A DNA stretch of 51,728 bases, from positions 1-51,728 of the forward strand of contig CALWLV010000015.1 in assembly GCA_944381595.1 (NCBI GenBank). Reading direction: 5' to 3'. Under the pieces are notes generated by a model. That model saw only the letters and a list, made by a program, of their open reading frames with translations. It made no database searches and was not told where the DNA came from. The translations under genes were made by a program, and so were the position numbers. This DNA comes from an uncultured Roseburia sp. (GTDB taxonomy: Bacteria; Bacillota; Clostridia; Lachnospirales; Lachnospiraceae). Below are positions 9,043 through 18,561 of this stretch, one piece after another. Every line of letters begins with the position of its first letter. Position 1 is the first letter of the stretch.

Positions 9043-9734
9043 ACTTCCATTTCCTCTAATAATTGCTCTCCTCTGATTCCAGTTGGAATTTCATGTAATG
9101 TTCCGCTCTTCATTACATAAGCTTTATCACATATATCCAACTGCGTTTCCTCATGTGTTGCAATAATCACCGTGCCCCCCTGTTCCCGGTAAGCTCTCAG
9201 GTATTCCCGAATTTTTTTCTTTGCTACAAGGTCCAGAGCTGCTTCCGGCTCATCCAGCAAAAGCACGCCCGGATTTGCCCACATCGATATTCCAATGGAA
9301 ACTCTCTTCTTCATTCCTCCAGATAATTTCTTTACCGGAATGGACAACATCTCATTAATTCCCAACATAGAAAGAAATCCTTCACGAAGTTCCTTCTTTA
9401 TATCCAACGGACTGTCACAATACCATAATTTCAAATTATCCTTTACCGTCAAATCCGGTATCAATGGATTTTCCTGGGGCACATACCCAATGAATTCTGC
9501 TGCCTTTTTTCTTTGTTTTAAAATGTCAATATCTCCAATTTTTGCTGTTCCCCGATTCGCTTTCTGTACTCCGGCTAAGATAGATAAAAGTGTGGATTTT
9601 CCAGAACCATTCAATCCAAGAATTGCCACACACTGACCTTTCTCTGCTTCCATATTCACACCGGACAAAACTTTCTTTTTCCCATATCGCTTTTCAACCT
9701 GACTGACTCGAATATATGCTTTCTTGTGCTCCAT
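9039..9734 (-). CDS. ABC transporter ATP-binding protein
   Basis: Walker A GLNGSGKST, LSGGM signature, Walker B LLLDE. Likely start MEHKK at 9734 after GGAGG. Confidence 0.92.
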   Translation of the reverse strand: MEHKKAYIRVSQVEKRYGKKKVLSGVNMEAEKGQCVAILGLNGSGKSTLLSILAGVQKANRGTAKIGDIDILKQRKKAAEFIGYVPQENPLIPDLTVKDNLKLWYCDSPLDIKKELREGFLSMLGINEMLSIPVKKLSGGMKKRVSIGISMWANPGVLLLDEPEAALDLVAKKKIREYLRAYREQGGTVIIATHEETQLDICDKAYVMKSGTLHEIPTGIRGEQLLEEMEV

Positions 9735-9762
9735 CCTTTTCTCCTCCATAACGTGCAAATAC

Positions 9763-9790
9763 AAAAAAGTCCGGTAATAAAACCAGACTT
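9763..9790 (-). terminator. intrinsic terminator after the cytidylate kinase-like gene
   Basis: AAGTCTGGT-TTTATT-ACCGGACTT followed by TTTT. Confidence 0.65.
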
Positions 9791-9845
9791 CTTTCTATCT
9801 TCTGTTCCAATCATCTGTGTTTCCTGGTCCATCCATATTGTCTAT

Positions 9846-10739
9846 TTAAGCATACATTTCCTCATTTGTATAGACTAATTTTTCCTCAGGGTAAGAACCA
9901 TATGTAAAGTCTGCTGCTTCTTCATATCCACGACAGATTTCTCTGGAGGAACCAACCGTTTCTTCTGTCTTTTCAACACAAATAAAAGATTTCTTATCTG
10001 TCTGTGCGGATAACAATTTTTCGTTATCATCTACAGCATACCATCTGCCATCCTTCAATACAACATGAATCAATTCATCCATACAGACGCATTCTTCCGT
10101 TTCGGAAGAATGCAATTCGATTTTATTCTCATCCAATGCCTCTGCCGGAATGGTCGGATAAATACGATATGGACTGATTTCCATATGTCTGGTATGATCT
10201 CCTGCCTGATACTGCTCAAAACGACGAATAATTTCTTCCGCAATCTCTGCCGGTGTTGCATGAGTGCTGTCAATGACCAGATCGTAATTATTCAAATCAT
10301 AATAATTTACTCCATACAACTGTCCATAACGTTCTTTTTCCAAAGACTGGCGGGTATAAAGAGCTTTCATTGCATCCTGAACATCGGCATATGTCTCTGC
10401 TTTTCTCAGGGAGTCATGATACACTCGTTTCCCTGCTTCCTGCAAATCGACCATAACAAACACCTTAAAACTATCCGGAACAAAATGCCAGCCCATACGG
10501 GAATCAAAAATCGTATGATCTTTACTTTTCCCCAAAGCAATGGTTCTGTCATCCACCATTTTGTCAATGGATTTGTCTGTTTCTGCAATTTTATTCATCT
10601 CTACAATGGAGACGCCTTTTTCCGCTGCCAATCCCCGGAAAATATCTCCGGAAGATACAATTTCAAATCCCCGGGCAATTAATTCTTTCCCAAGGCTTGA
10701 TTTTCCACTTCCCAAATTACCTGTTAAACTTAAATTCAT
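9846..10739 (-). CDS. cytidylate kinase-like P-loop kinase with a degenerate ParB/Srx-like C-terminal domain
   Basis: TGNLGSGKS, SSGDIFRGLA, DKMVDDR, IFDSRMGWHF and YDLVIDS typify the archaeal-type Cmk family. About 120 extra C-terminal aa. Confidence 0.75.
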   Translation of the reverse strand: MNLSLTGNLGSGKSSLGKELIARGFEIVSSGDIFRGLAAEKGVSIVEMNKIAETDKSIDKMVDDRTIALGKSKDHTIFDSRMGWHFVPDSFKVFVMVDLQEAGKRVYHDSLRKAETYADVQDAMKALYTRQSLEKERYGQLYGVNYYDLNNYDLVIDSTHATPAEIAEEIIRRFEQYQAGDHTRHMEISPYRIYPTIPAEALDENKIELHSSETEECVCMDELIHVVLKDGRWYAVDDNEKLLSAQTDKKSFICVEKTEETVGSSREICRGYEEAADFTYGSYPEEKLVYTNEEMYA

Positions 10740-10814
10740 GCATCTGTTCTCCTATCTGATTCTATTTTACTTCTTTATCCTTCTGTCTTCCGTCCAAAAT
10801 CCCAAGTTTACTTA

Positions 10815-10843
10815 ATATTATATTGTATTTTTTTAATTGTCAA
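10815..10843 (-). promoter_or_regulatory. sigma-A promoter of the kinase gene
   Basis: TTGACA followed by TAATAT (17-bp spacer) or TATAAT (15-bp spacer). Confidence 0.55.
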
Positions 10844-10862
10844 GTTTTCCTTTTTCAGATAT

Positions 10863-12302
10863 TTATTGCTTTTTCCATGTTGCCGGATAGAATAACAGAA
10901 TCATTGGAATCAATTCCAGTCTTCCTGCCAGCATATCAAACATCAGCACAACTTTGGACAATGGAGAAAATCCTCCAAAATTTCCTGCCGGTCCCACAGC
11001 TCCCAGTCCCGGTCCAACATCATTCAGACAAGCGGCCACTGCAGTAAAATTAGTCACAAGATCCATGCCATCCAGGCTGATAATCAACACGGAAAACATA
11101 TGGATAGCCACATAGAGGAGCAAAAATGTTTTGGCAGACCTCAGCACTTCATGTTCGATTACCTTTCCATCGACTTTTATCTTACGCACACTTCTTGGAT
11201 GCAGCTGAAATTCCAATTCTTTCTTAATGGCTTTTGCATAAATGACAAATCTGGTTACTTTGATTCCACCACTGGTACTTCCCGCACATCCGCCAATATA
11301 CATAAGAATCACAAGAAGTGTCCGGGAAAACGCCGGCCATCCGTTGAAATCTACCGTAGAAAATCCTGTACTTGTCATAATGGAAGACACCTGAAATGCT
11401 GAATCTCTTAGATTTAACGCAAGGTTTGCAACATCCTGCGACAGATTCACAGTCACCAACGCTACCGCAGCAGCATAGATAATCAAATACCAGCGCACTT
11501 CCTCCATATGCAGTGCATCTTTCCATCTTTTACTGATAATCAGAAAATAGAATTTGAAATTCACACCAAACAGGAACATAAATATGGTAACAATCACCTG
11601 TATCGCAGTGTTGTAGGAAGCAATACTGTCATCCAACACTGCAAATCCTCCTGTTCCTGCAGTTGCAAAGCTGTCGCAAATCGCATCAAACAAAGGCATA
11701 CCAAATAGAACCAAAAGAATAATCTGGGTAACTGTCAGTCCTATATACATGGCATACAGCCAGAATGCAGTCTTCTGAATCTTTGGTACCAGCTTGCCCA
11801 CAGAAGGACCCGTGCTCTCGGCTCTCATAAGATAAAGGTTATTCGCACCAAGATATGGAAGCACCGCCATGATAAACACCAGTATGCCCATGCCTCCAAT
11901 CCAGTTGGTAAAACAACGCCAAAATCGAATACTGTGAGATAAATGTTCGATTCCGGAGAGTACACTTCCTCCTGATGTGGTAAATCCGGATACCGTTTCA
12001 AACAATGCATCCACCACGGATGGAATGGCATTTGTGGCCACATATGGTATAGAGCCAATTATACTTAAACTGACTCAGCTTAATGCTACCACTACCATTC
12101 CTTCTCTTGCATAAAATGTTTTGTTCTTTGGTTTCTTTCTCGTAAGAAGGAAACCGATAAGCCCTACCACTATGGCAGACAAAAGAAACCACCATCCATC
12201 GTTTTCACGATAAATAACTGCCACGAGACATGGCAGCAGCATAAATAATGCTGAGAAATTAAAAATATATCCCAGCACATATGTAATAATTGAATAATTC
12301 AT
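10863..12302 (-). pseudogene. trkH: TrkH K+ uptake permease interrupted by an in-frame TGA at 12075-12077
   Basis: ORFs 12075..12302 and 10863..12041 are in the same frame: ...GCA TTA AGC TGA GTC AGT TTA (ALS*VSLSIIGSIPY), where TrkH normally has Trp. FETVSGFTT, ATAGTGGF and GGCAGSTSGGIK motifs are intact. Confidence 0.85.
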
Positions 12303-12321
12303 AATTCGATACTTCTTTCCC

Positions 12322-13680
12322 TTACTTTACAATGTCATCAATTCCATTGATACCTTTTTGGGTCGTAACCACAATGACACTGTCCTTTGGCTTTATCTTG
12401 TCTTTTCCCGTAGGGGTAATCACCTTTCCATTCCGATAGATACTGCAAATCAGGGTATTATCCTTGGTATCAATCTGGTTGATTTCTTTATTTGCAATCC
12501 TGGCATTACTTCCCACGATAAATTCCAGCACCTCTACCTTACCATCCACCAAACGATAAAGCGTCTCTACATTACTGCTGTCGAAAGAATTCTGTCTGGA
12601 ACGTACATACCGAATAATATACTCAGCTGTAATATTTTTTGGTGAAATAATATGTCCCACCGGCATTTCATCGATGACTTCCATAAAGGAAGTTCTGGTT
12701 ATCTTAACCATTCGTTTTGCTTTCGATACTTTGTTGGCAAACAAAGAAAGCAGCACATTTTCTTCATCTGAATTGGTCAGTGCTGCCACCGCATCTGCCT
12801 CCTGAATATTTTCCTCCATAAGAAGTTCCCGTTCTGTCACATCCCCATGAATCACCATAGCCTCCGGAAGCAATTCACTTAAAGTGGCACAACGGTCCAC
12901 ATTATGTTCTACAATTTTCACATTTACTTTCGATGCCAAAAGTAATTTCGCCAAATAGTAAGAAATCGTTCCTCCTCCCGCAATCATAACATTGCGGATA
13001 GGCTTTGCATGAATTCCTATTTTATTCAGGAATCGGTTGATTTCCGACATTGCAATGGTAACAGAAATATAGTCCCCGGATTGCAGGACAAAATTTCCAC
13101 TTGGAATGATAATTTCCTTCTCACGCTCTACAATACAAATCAAAACTTTCTGGCTTACTTTATCCGCCATATCCCGGACACTTAATTGATTCAGAATGGA
13201 TTTCTCCGGAATCTGAATCTTAATCAGGCTTACCCTTCCTTTGGCAAATGTATCTACTTCCAATGCAGACGGAACCTGAATCAATCTTGCAATTTCAGCT
13301 GCAGCCGCCAATTCCGGATTGACAGACATGGAAAGTCCTAATTCTTCCTTGATGTAACTGATTTCCTGATAATATTCCGGATTTCTCACTCTTGCAATGG
13401 TATGACAATTACCAGTCTTCTTTGCAATGAGACATGCCAGCATATTAATTTCATCCCGGTTTGTCACCGCAATCATCAAATCTGCCTCATCAATTCCTGC
13501 CTCTTTCTGGACTTTGTAGCTGGTACAATTTCCCTCCACTCCCATGATGTCTAAACGTGCTGTGGCTTCCTGCAATATTTGCGTATTCGTATCAATCACA
13601 GACACTTCATGTCCTTCGTTGTTTAATTGTTCCGCCAGGGCACAGCCTACTTTGCCGCATCCGGCTATGATGATATTCAT
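12322..13680 (-). CDS. trkA: Trk system K+ uptake regulatory protein TrkA
   Basis: Two RCK units (IIIAGCGKVG; VMIAGGGTISY), 452 aa, directly upstream of trkH. Confidence 0.93.
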   Translation of the reverse strand: MNIIIAGCGKVGCALAEQLNNEGHEVSVIDTNTQILQEATARLDIMGVEGNCTSYKVQKEAGIDEADLMIAVTNRDEINMLACLIAKKTGNCHTIARVRNPEYYQEISYIKEELGLSMSVNPELAAAAEIARLIQVPSALEVDTFAKGRVSLIKIQIPEKSILNQLSVRDMADKVSQKVLICIVEREKEIIIPSGNFVLQSGDYISVTIAMSEINRFLNKIGIHAKPIRNVMIAGGGTISYYLAKLLLASKVNVKIVEHNVDRCATLSELLPEAMVIHGDVTERELLMEENIQEADAVAALTNSDEENVLLSLFANKVSKAKRMVKITRTSFMEVIDEMPVGHIISPKNITAEYIIRYVRSRQNSFDSSNVETLYRLVDGKVEVLEFIVGSNARIANKEINQIDTKDNTLICSIYRNGKVITPTGKDKIKPKDSVIVVTTQKGINGIDDIVK

Positions 13681-14570
13681 TCTGTTTCTCCTCTCCTGTC
13701 TCCTACAAAAAACAATCCCACTGTTCCCGGTCCGGTATGAGCACCAATGACCGTTCCAATGCTGTCAATTTCTACCTTTCCCTTCAAAGCCGGGAAACGT
13801 TCCTCCACCATAGATGCAACTTTTCTTGCATCTTCGATACAGTCAGAATTGCAAATGTAGCACTTGCCGTCATAATTTCTTCCATTTTCGGCATGTTCTT
13901 CCATCTTATTCACTAATTCTTCCATAACTTTATTCTTGGTGCGCACCTTTTTCCTCGGAATCAAATGTCCCTGATAATCTACATTCATCAACGGACAAAT
14001 ATTCAGAATTGTTCCCAACATAGCTGCAGAAGCCGAAACTCTTCCTCCCTTTTTCAACCATGTAAGGTCTGACACATAGAACCATGACTGAACATTGTAT
14101 TTGTGCTCTTCTGCCCATGCATAGATTTCATCGATTGTTTTTCCTTCCTGCCGTAAATCGTCAAGATAATCCATAAACATTCCATAACCGGAAGAGGCGA
14201 GAAGGGAATCCACCACGTAGATTTTTCTGTCCGGATATTTGTCTGACAATTCTTCCTTTGCAATATTGGCCGAATTAATTTCTCCGGAAATCCCTGATGA
14301 CAGACTTACATGAAGCAAATCTTTTCCTTCTTTCAGATATGGCTCCCATAACTGAATAAATTCTTCTGCGTTGACCTGAGATGTTATCGGCATGGCACCA
14401 TTTCTCATTTTCTGGTAAAATTCTGAAAATGTTACGCTTTGTCCTAAATCATCTTCGAATTCCTCTTGGTCAATGCGATAATGAAAGCAGGCATAAATGA
14501 TGTTTCGTTTCTCAAAATGTTCTTTTGATTTATCTGCCGTAGAACAGCAGCTTAAGACAAACTCACTCAT
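13677..14570 (-). CDS. DegV family fatty-acid-binding protein
   Basis: ITSQVN, SLSSGISG, LKKGGR and IGAHTGPG motifs. Start MSEFV at 14570 after AAGGAG. Confidence 0.9.
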   Translation of the reverse strand: MSEFVLSCCSTADKSKEHFEKRNIIYACFHYRIDQEEFEDDLGQSVTFSEFYQKMRNGAMPITSQVNAEEFIQLWEPYLKEGKDLLHVSLSSGISGEINSANIAKEELSDKYPDRKIYVVDSLLASSGYGMFMDYLDDLRQEGKTIDEIYAWAEEHKYNVQSWFYVSDLTWLKKGGRVSASAAMLGTILNICPLMNVDYQGHLIPRKKVRTKNKVMEELVNKMEEHAENGRNYDGKCYICNSDCIEDARKVASMVEERFPALKGKVEIDSIGTVIGAHTGPGTVGLFFVGDRRGETE

Positions 14571-14605
14571 AACTGATTCTCCTTTTTTCATAAGATATTT
14601 TACCT

Positions 14606-14634
14606 ATTATAGTCCAAACTATCCGGAAGGGCAA
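14606..14634 (-). promoter_or_regulatory. sigma-A promoter of degV-trkA-trkH
   Basis: TTGCCC-17-TATAAT. Confidence 0.6.
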
Positions 14635-14684
14635 GCAGAAGTTTCAGATTTCATATATGCCCGTTTTGGACACCGGAAACAAGG

Positions 14685-14713
14685 TTGACAAGATAACCTG
14701 AACCGAATAGAAT
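14685..14713 (+). promoter_or_regulatory. sigma-A promoter of the membrane protein gene
   Basis: TTGACA-17-TAGAAT. Confidence 0.7.
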
Positions 14714-14768
14714 ATAGGAAGATACAAACGAAATTTTACAATACCCGACAGGAGATACAGAGACGAAT

Positions 14769-15494
14769 ATGAATTTATTTTTGAAACTTGCATTTTTATT
14801 CTTTATTGGCTCAACACAGGGTTGGATATTAGAATTACTATTTCGACGATATATTTCCTCTTCCAATCCGGAGAGGAAATGGATTAATCCGGGATTTTGT
14901 ATTGGTCCCTATCTTCCGATTTACGGAGTGGGCATCTGCATTCTTTTCCTGATATCGTACTTGAAAGAGTTGCTTCCCATTTCCAACGATATTCTGTTGA
15001 TTTTGGTCATGGGAATCTGTATGACAGCAATGGAATACATCGCCGGTCTGATTAGCTTAAAACTGACGAAGGTCCGCCTCTGGGATTATAGTAAAGAATG
15101 GGGTAATATTCAGGGAATTATCTGTCCGAAATTTTTCCTGGTATGGACGCTTCTTGGAGCCATCTATTATTACTTCATTCATCCTTACATACTAAATGCT
15201 CTGAAATGGTTCTCCGGGCATCCGTCCTTTTCTTTTGTAATTGGATTGTTTTTTGGCGTATTTATCATTGATGCAGTATATTCTTCTCAGCTTGTGATAA
15301 AACTGAAACAATATGCGGAAGAAAATGGTGTGATTGTAAAATATGAAAATCTGAAAGCATATATCCGAAGTGTTCATGATAAAACTGCTCAAAAATCCCA
15401 CTTCTTCTTTTCTTTTCGCTCAGAACGTCCTCTTACAGAGTATCTGAAGGGAATGATGGAGGTATTGGAATCCTATAAAAAAACAAAGAGGTAA
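14769..15494 (+). CDS. putative ABC transporter permease-like membrane protein (CmpB/DUF1113-like)
   Basis: GWILE...NPGF.IGPYLPIYG.G and RLWDYS..WGNIQG.ICP motifs; multiple TMs. Confidence 0.75.
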   Translation: MNLFLKLAFLFFIGSTQGWILELLFRRYISSSNPERKWINPGFCIGPYLPIYGVGICILFLISYLKELLPISNDILLILVMGICMTAMEYIAGLISLKLTKVRLWDYSKEWGNIQGIICPKFFLVWTLLGAIYYYFIHPYILNALKWFSGHPSFSFVIGLFFGVFIIDAVYSSQLVIKLKQYAEENGVIVKYENLKAYIRSVHDKTAQKSHFFFSFRSERPLTEYLKGMMEVLESYKKTKR

Positions 15495-15520
15495 ATTTAA
15501 ATTTTTTAAATTTACCTCTT
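15486..15520 (+). terminator. perfect 16-bp hairpin terminator
   Basis: AAGAGGTAAATTTAAA-TTT-TTTAAATTTACCTCTT followed by a long T run; overlaps the stop at 15494. Confidence 0.7.
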
Positions 15521-15547
15521 GATTTTTTTTTTAACCAATGCTATAAT
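15519..15547 (+). promoter_or_regulatory. tRNA promoter
   Basis: TTGATT-17-TATAAT with extended TG, 11 nt before the tRNA. Confidence 0.75.
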
Positions 15548-15558
15548 ACATATTGTTC

Positions 15559-15629
15559 GCGGGTGTAGTTCAATGGTAGAACACTAGCCTTCCAAGCTAG
15601 ATACGTGGGTTCGATTCCCATCACCCGCT
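15559..15629 (+). tRNA. tRNA-Gly (TCC), CCA not encoded
   Basis: Acceptor stem GCGGGTG/CACCCGC; D arm GTTCAATGGTAGAAC; anticodon arm CTAGC-CTTCCAA-GCTAG; T loop GGTTCGATTCC. Confidence 0.97.
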
Positions 15630-15658
15630 TATTTTTATGTCAATTTTCATTCTAGCGT

Positions 15659-17704
15659 CTATCTGGTTCTTTTTTCCCGAATCATCTGTTTACTGCACAG
15701 ATATGTAATCAGGAAATATATTCCATATATAAACACAATCAATACTGCTGTAACAATAATAGAGTACAATAATCCACTTTTTCCAAAGGTTTCCAGAAGA
15801 TAATTGCATACCTGAATTCCAAAGATAGAATGAATGCAGGCCAGCAAAAGAGGCATACCAAAGAATATGGCACTCTGAGCTAATATCGAACGGTTCATAT
15901 CTTTTTCATCCACACCAATACGCCGTAATATCACATACTTTTCTTTATTATCCACTGCTTCCGATAATTCTTTCAATGCCAGAATGGCTGCACTGGATAT
16001 CATGAAAACAATACCAAGGTAAATTCCGATAAAGACTACCATGGCTGTCAGACTGATGCTATTTGCATAAAGGTCTGTCTTTGTCGTAATCTCAATGGAT
16101 GGCCAGGTCTTATTCTCCGGATTAATCAGCTGATTAAATTGAGCGCTATCTATATATGTACTGATTTCTTCTATACTCATGGAGGATGTTTCCTGATAAT
16201 CTGCCACATAATAATCATAATAGGAACGATATCCTTCTAAATTCACGTCGTCTGGCACTAAGATAAATCCAAAATTTGTATGATTGGAAGCCATCACAAT
16301 ATATCCATCCTGACATTCCTTATATTTCGGATGATAAGTTCTGCCTCCAATGGTCAGCGTCTGTCCTTTCTCCAGTCCCAGATTTCGTAAACTAACCATA
16401 CTGTCAAAATTAGCGACAACCATGTATTCATCCTGGTCAAGGGTATACTCCTCTAATCCATATCGTCTTGCAATGGCATTGTAATCACTGACTTTGATGA
16501 CCTCATCAAGCATTTCTCTATAATAATCCTTTACACTGTCATCCCATTGCAATTCTTCAAAAGCCGTTCCTATCGTGGATGCAACAGTCAGACTCTGGTC
16601 TGCAGCCGTATAAGACTGAATGGAAATCACATCCCGAAACATTCCGGTATCCACACCGGTCTTTGTAAGAATATCCTCAATCCGCTGCCCATCTGCTATA
16701 TCCATGTCAAAATTCACATCCACCGGAGTCATCTCTTTTAAATTATGATTCACACTTTCTCTCATCGACATGGCACTGGAAAGAACACAAATTGTCACAA
16801 AGAGCATGAGACAGATAATACTTCCGGATACCACGGTGGTGTTAAATCTTCCTTCCAATTCACGGACGGTGAAACAATTTAACCCCCTTAAATAGAACTT
16901 CTTCCGTCTTGATACTACAAAAAGGAACATTCCTGAACCGGACCAGAAGATTAAAAACGTGGCAACGACTCCTTTTCCAATTTCCACCATAAGCTGCCAG
17001 GTTTCTGTAATCTCTGTCGCCTCTGCTGTCATCCGGTAGTAAGCACTGCCTAAAACAACAATCGCAATCAGAAAGACAATGGCACAGAATACCGGGTTCT
17101 TTGCCGTATTCTTTTCCACTTTCTTTTCTGCGTGGATGAGATTGATGAGTTTTGATTTTCCTACTACAAAGACATCCAAAAGGAGGACGACGACATACAT
17201 CAGCACAAAATACAACACCGTTTTTCCAATGGCGGACTTGGATACAATAAACTCAAACTGGCTCATATCCGCCTCAAAGAGTTGAATCACCAGCATACTC
17301 ATGCCCTGAGATACAACAATCCCTAAAGTAAGTCCTGCCCCCAGTGAAATCAATCCAATGAAAATGGTTTCTATCATAAGGATTCTTGCAATTTTTCCTT
17401 TTTCCATCCCCAAAAGCATATAGATACCAAATTCTTTCTTTCTCCGTTTCATCAGAAAATTACTGGCGTACACAATGAGACATCCAAGAACAAATGCAAC
17501 AAATACGCTGATTCCGGACATGACCGAATTCATCAGTTCAATAATTTCATAATCCGCAGAACTTGTCTTTAACATGATTGTCTGCTTTTCCAGGCTGTTA
17601 AATACATAAAATATAGCAACGCCAAGAATCAGAGTAAAAAAGTAAATGGCATAATCCCTCATACTTTTTTTCAGGTTTTGTATGGATAATTTAAACAACA
17701 TCAC
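15659..17704 (-). CDS. BceB-type peptide-antibiotic ABC permease (FtsX-like, large extracellular domain)
   Basis: RRKKEFGIYMLLGM motif; about 10 TMs with a ~220-aa ECD; LRRIGVD C-terminal motif. Start is GTG 17704 or ATG 17701. Confidence 0.88.
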   Translation of the reverse strand: MMLFKLSIQNLKKSMRDYAIYFFTLILGVAIFYVFNSLEKQTIMLKTSSADYEIIELMNSVMSGISVFVAFVLGCLIVYASNFLMKRRKKEFGIYMLLGMEKGKIARILMIETIFIGLISLGAGLTLGIVVSQGMSMLVIQLFEADMSQFEFIVSKSAIGKTVLYFVLMYVVVLLLDVFVVGKSKLINLIHAEKKVEKNTAKNPVFCAIVFLIAIVVLGSAYYRMTAEATEITETWQLMVEIGKGVVATFLIFWSGSGMFLFVVSRRKKFYLRGLNCFTVRELEGRFNTTVVSGSIICLMLFVTICVLSSAMSMRESVNHNLKEMTPVDVNFDMDIADGQRIEDILTKTGVDTGMFRDVISIQSYTAADQSLTVASTIGTAFEELQWDDSVKDYYREMLDEVIKVSDYNAIARRYGLEEYTLDQDEYMVVANFDSMVSLRNLGLEKGQTLTIGGRTYHPKYKECQDGYIVMASNHTNFGFILVPDDVNLEGYRSYYDYYVADYQETSSMSIEEISTYIDSAQFNQLINPENKTWPSIEITTKTDLYANSISLTAMVVFIGIYLGIVFMISSAAILALKELSEAVDNKEKYVILRRIGVDEKDMNRSILAQSAIFFGMPLLLACIHSIFGIQVCNYLLETFGKSGLLYSIIVTAVLIVFIYGIYFLITYLCSKQMIREKRTR

Positions 17705-18458
17705 TTAAATCCCCTCCTAACATCGTCACCACTTCTATGATTTTATCAAAGAACTGTTTCCGGTCATCATCCCCTTTACGAATTTCATGAAACAACTTTC
17801 CATCCTTAATAAAGATGACGCGTTCCGCATAACTCGCCGTAAACGCATCATGTGTAACCATAAGAATAGTTGCACGATACTGCTCATTCATCTGACAGAG
17901 ACTTTCCAGCAAATACCGGGCCGCTTTGGAGTCCAATGCTCCTGTCGGCTCATCAGCCAAAACAAGTTTCGGATTGGTAATAATTGCTCTTGCAGATGCC
18001 ACACGCTGTTTCTGACCTCCACTCATCTGATATGGATATTTATTTAACACTTCTTTAATCCCCAGTCTCTCTGCCATCTGAATGACTCTGTCAGGAATCT
18101 CGGCTGCTGACACATTCTGAATGGACAGTGCCAGTGCGATATTTTCATACGCAGTCAAAGTATCCAGAAGATTAAAATCCTGAAAGATGAATCCCAGTTC
18201 CTCTCGACGGAACTTATTTAATTTGTTTCCCTTTAACTTAGTTATGTCCTCCTCTCCCACATAGATATGTCCTGCCGTCACACGATCAATGGTGGAAATA
18301 CAATTCAACAGTGTGGTTTTTCCAGAGCCGCTGGCTCCCATTATTCCTACAAACTCTCCTTTTTCCACAGAAAAACTAATCCGATCCACCGCTTTCGTCA
18401 GATTGGAAGAATTTCCATAGTACTTTTCTACATTTTCTAATCTTAATACAGCACTCAT
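17691..18458 (-). CDS. BceA-type ABC ATP-binding protein
   Basis: GASGSGKTT, MSGGQKQR, LADEPTGALDS, MVTHD. Confidence 0.92.
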   Translation of the reverse strand: MSAVLRLENVEKYYGNSSNLTKAVDRISFSVEKGEFVGIMGASGSGKTTLLNCISTIDRVTAGHIYVGEEDITKLKGNKLNKFRREELGFIFQDFNLLDTLTAYENIALALSIQNVSAAEIPDRVIQMAERLGIKEVLNKYPYQMSGGQKQRVASARAIITNPKLVLADEPTGALDSKAARYLLESLCQMNEQYRATILMVTHDAFTASYAERVIFIKDGKLFHEIRKGDDDRKQFFDKIIEVVTMLGGDLSDVV

Positions 18459-18539
18459 TTTCCGTACTCCTTTCTTTGCTTGATTCTGTCTGTACTATAA
18501 ACCATTTTACCGAAAAGTACCATCGAATCAGACAACAAT

Positions 18540-18561
18540 AACCTTACACTTTCGTAAGGTT
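18540..18561. promoter_or_regulatory. BceR-type response regulator binding site
   Basis: AACCTTAC-ACTTTC-GTAAGGTT inverted repeat. Core TTACA-N4-CGTAA is one base off TNACA-N4-TGTAA and lies upstream of a TATAGT -10 at 18494-18499. Confidence 0.7.

Noticed and set aside
10065-10682. 205-aa plus-strand ORF, and similar antisense ORFs at 36659-37258, 47093-47635 and 45500-46003
   Set aside because: They overlap well-supported minus-strand genes and have atypical composition with no motifs.
12075-12077. TGA recoding (genetic code 4/25 or selenocysteine)
   Set aside because: Many genes here terminate at TGA (ATGA overlaps) and Trp is encoded by TGG. The position aligns to Trp, not Cys.
14612-14671. 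Imperfect inverted repeat (GTCCAAA..GGGCA / TGCCC..TTTGGAC) between divergent promoters
   Set aside because: Short interrupted arms that overlap promoter elements; not distinguishable from chance without comparative data.
15559-15629. tRNA-Gly as an island integration site
   Set aside because: No duplicated tRNA 3' end or integrase was seen in the window.
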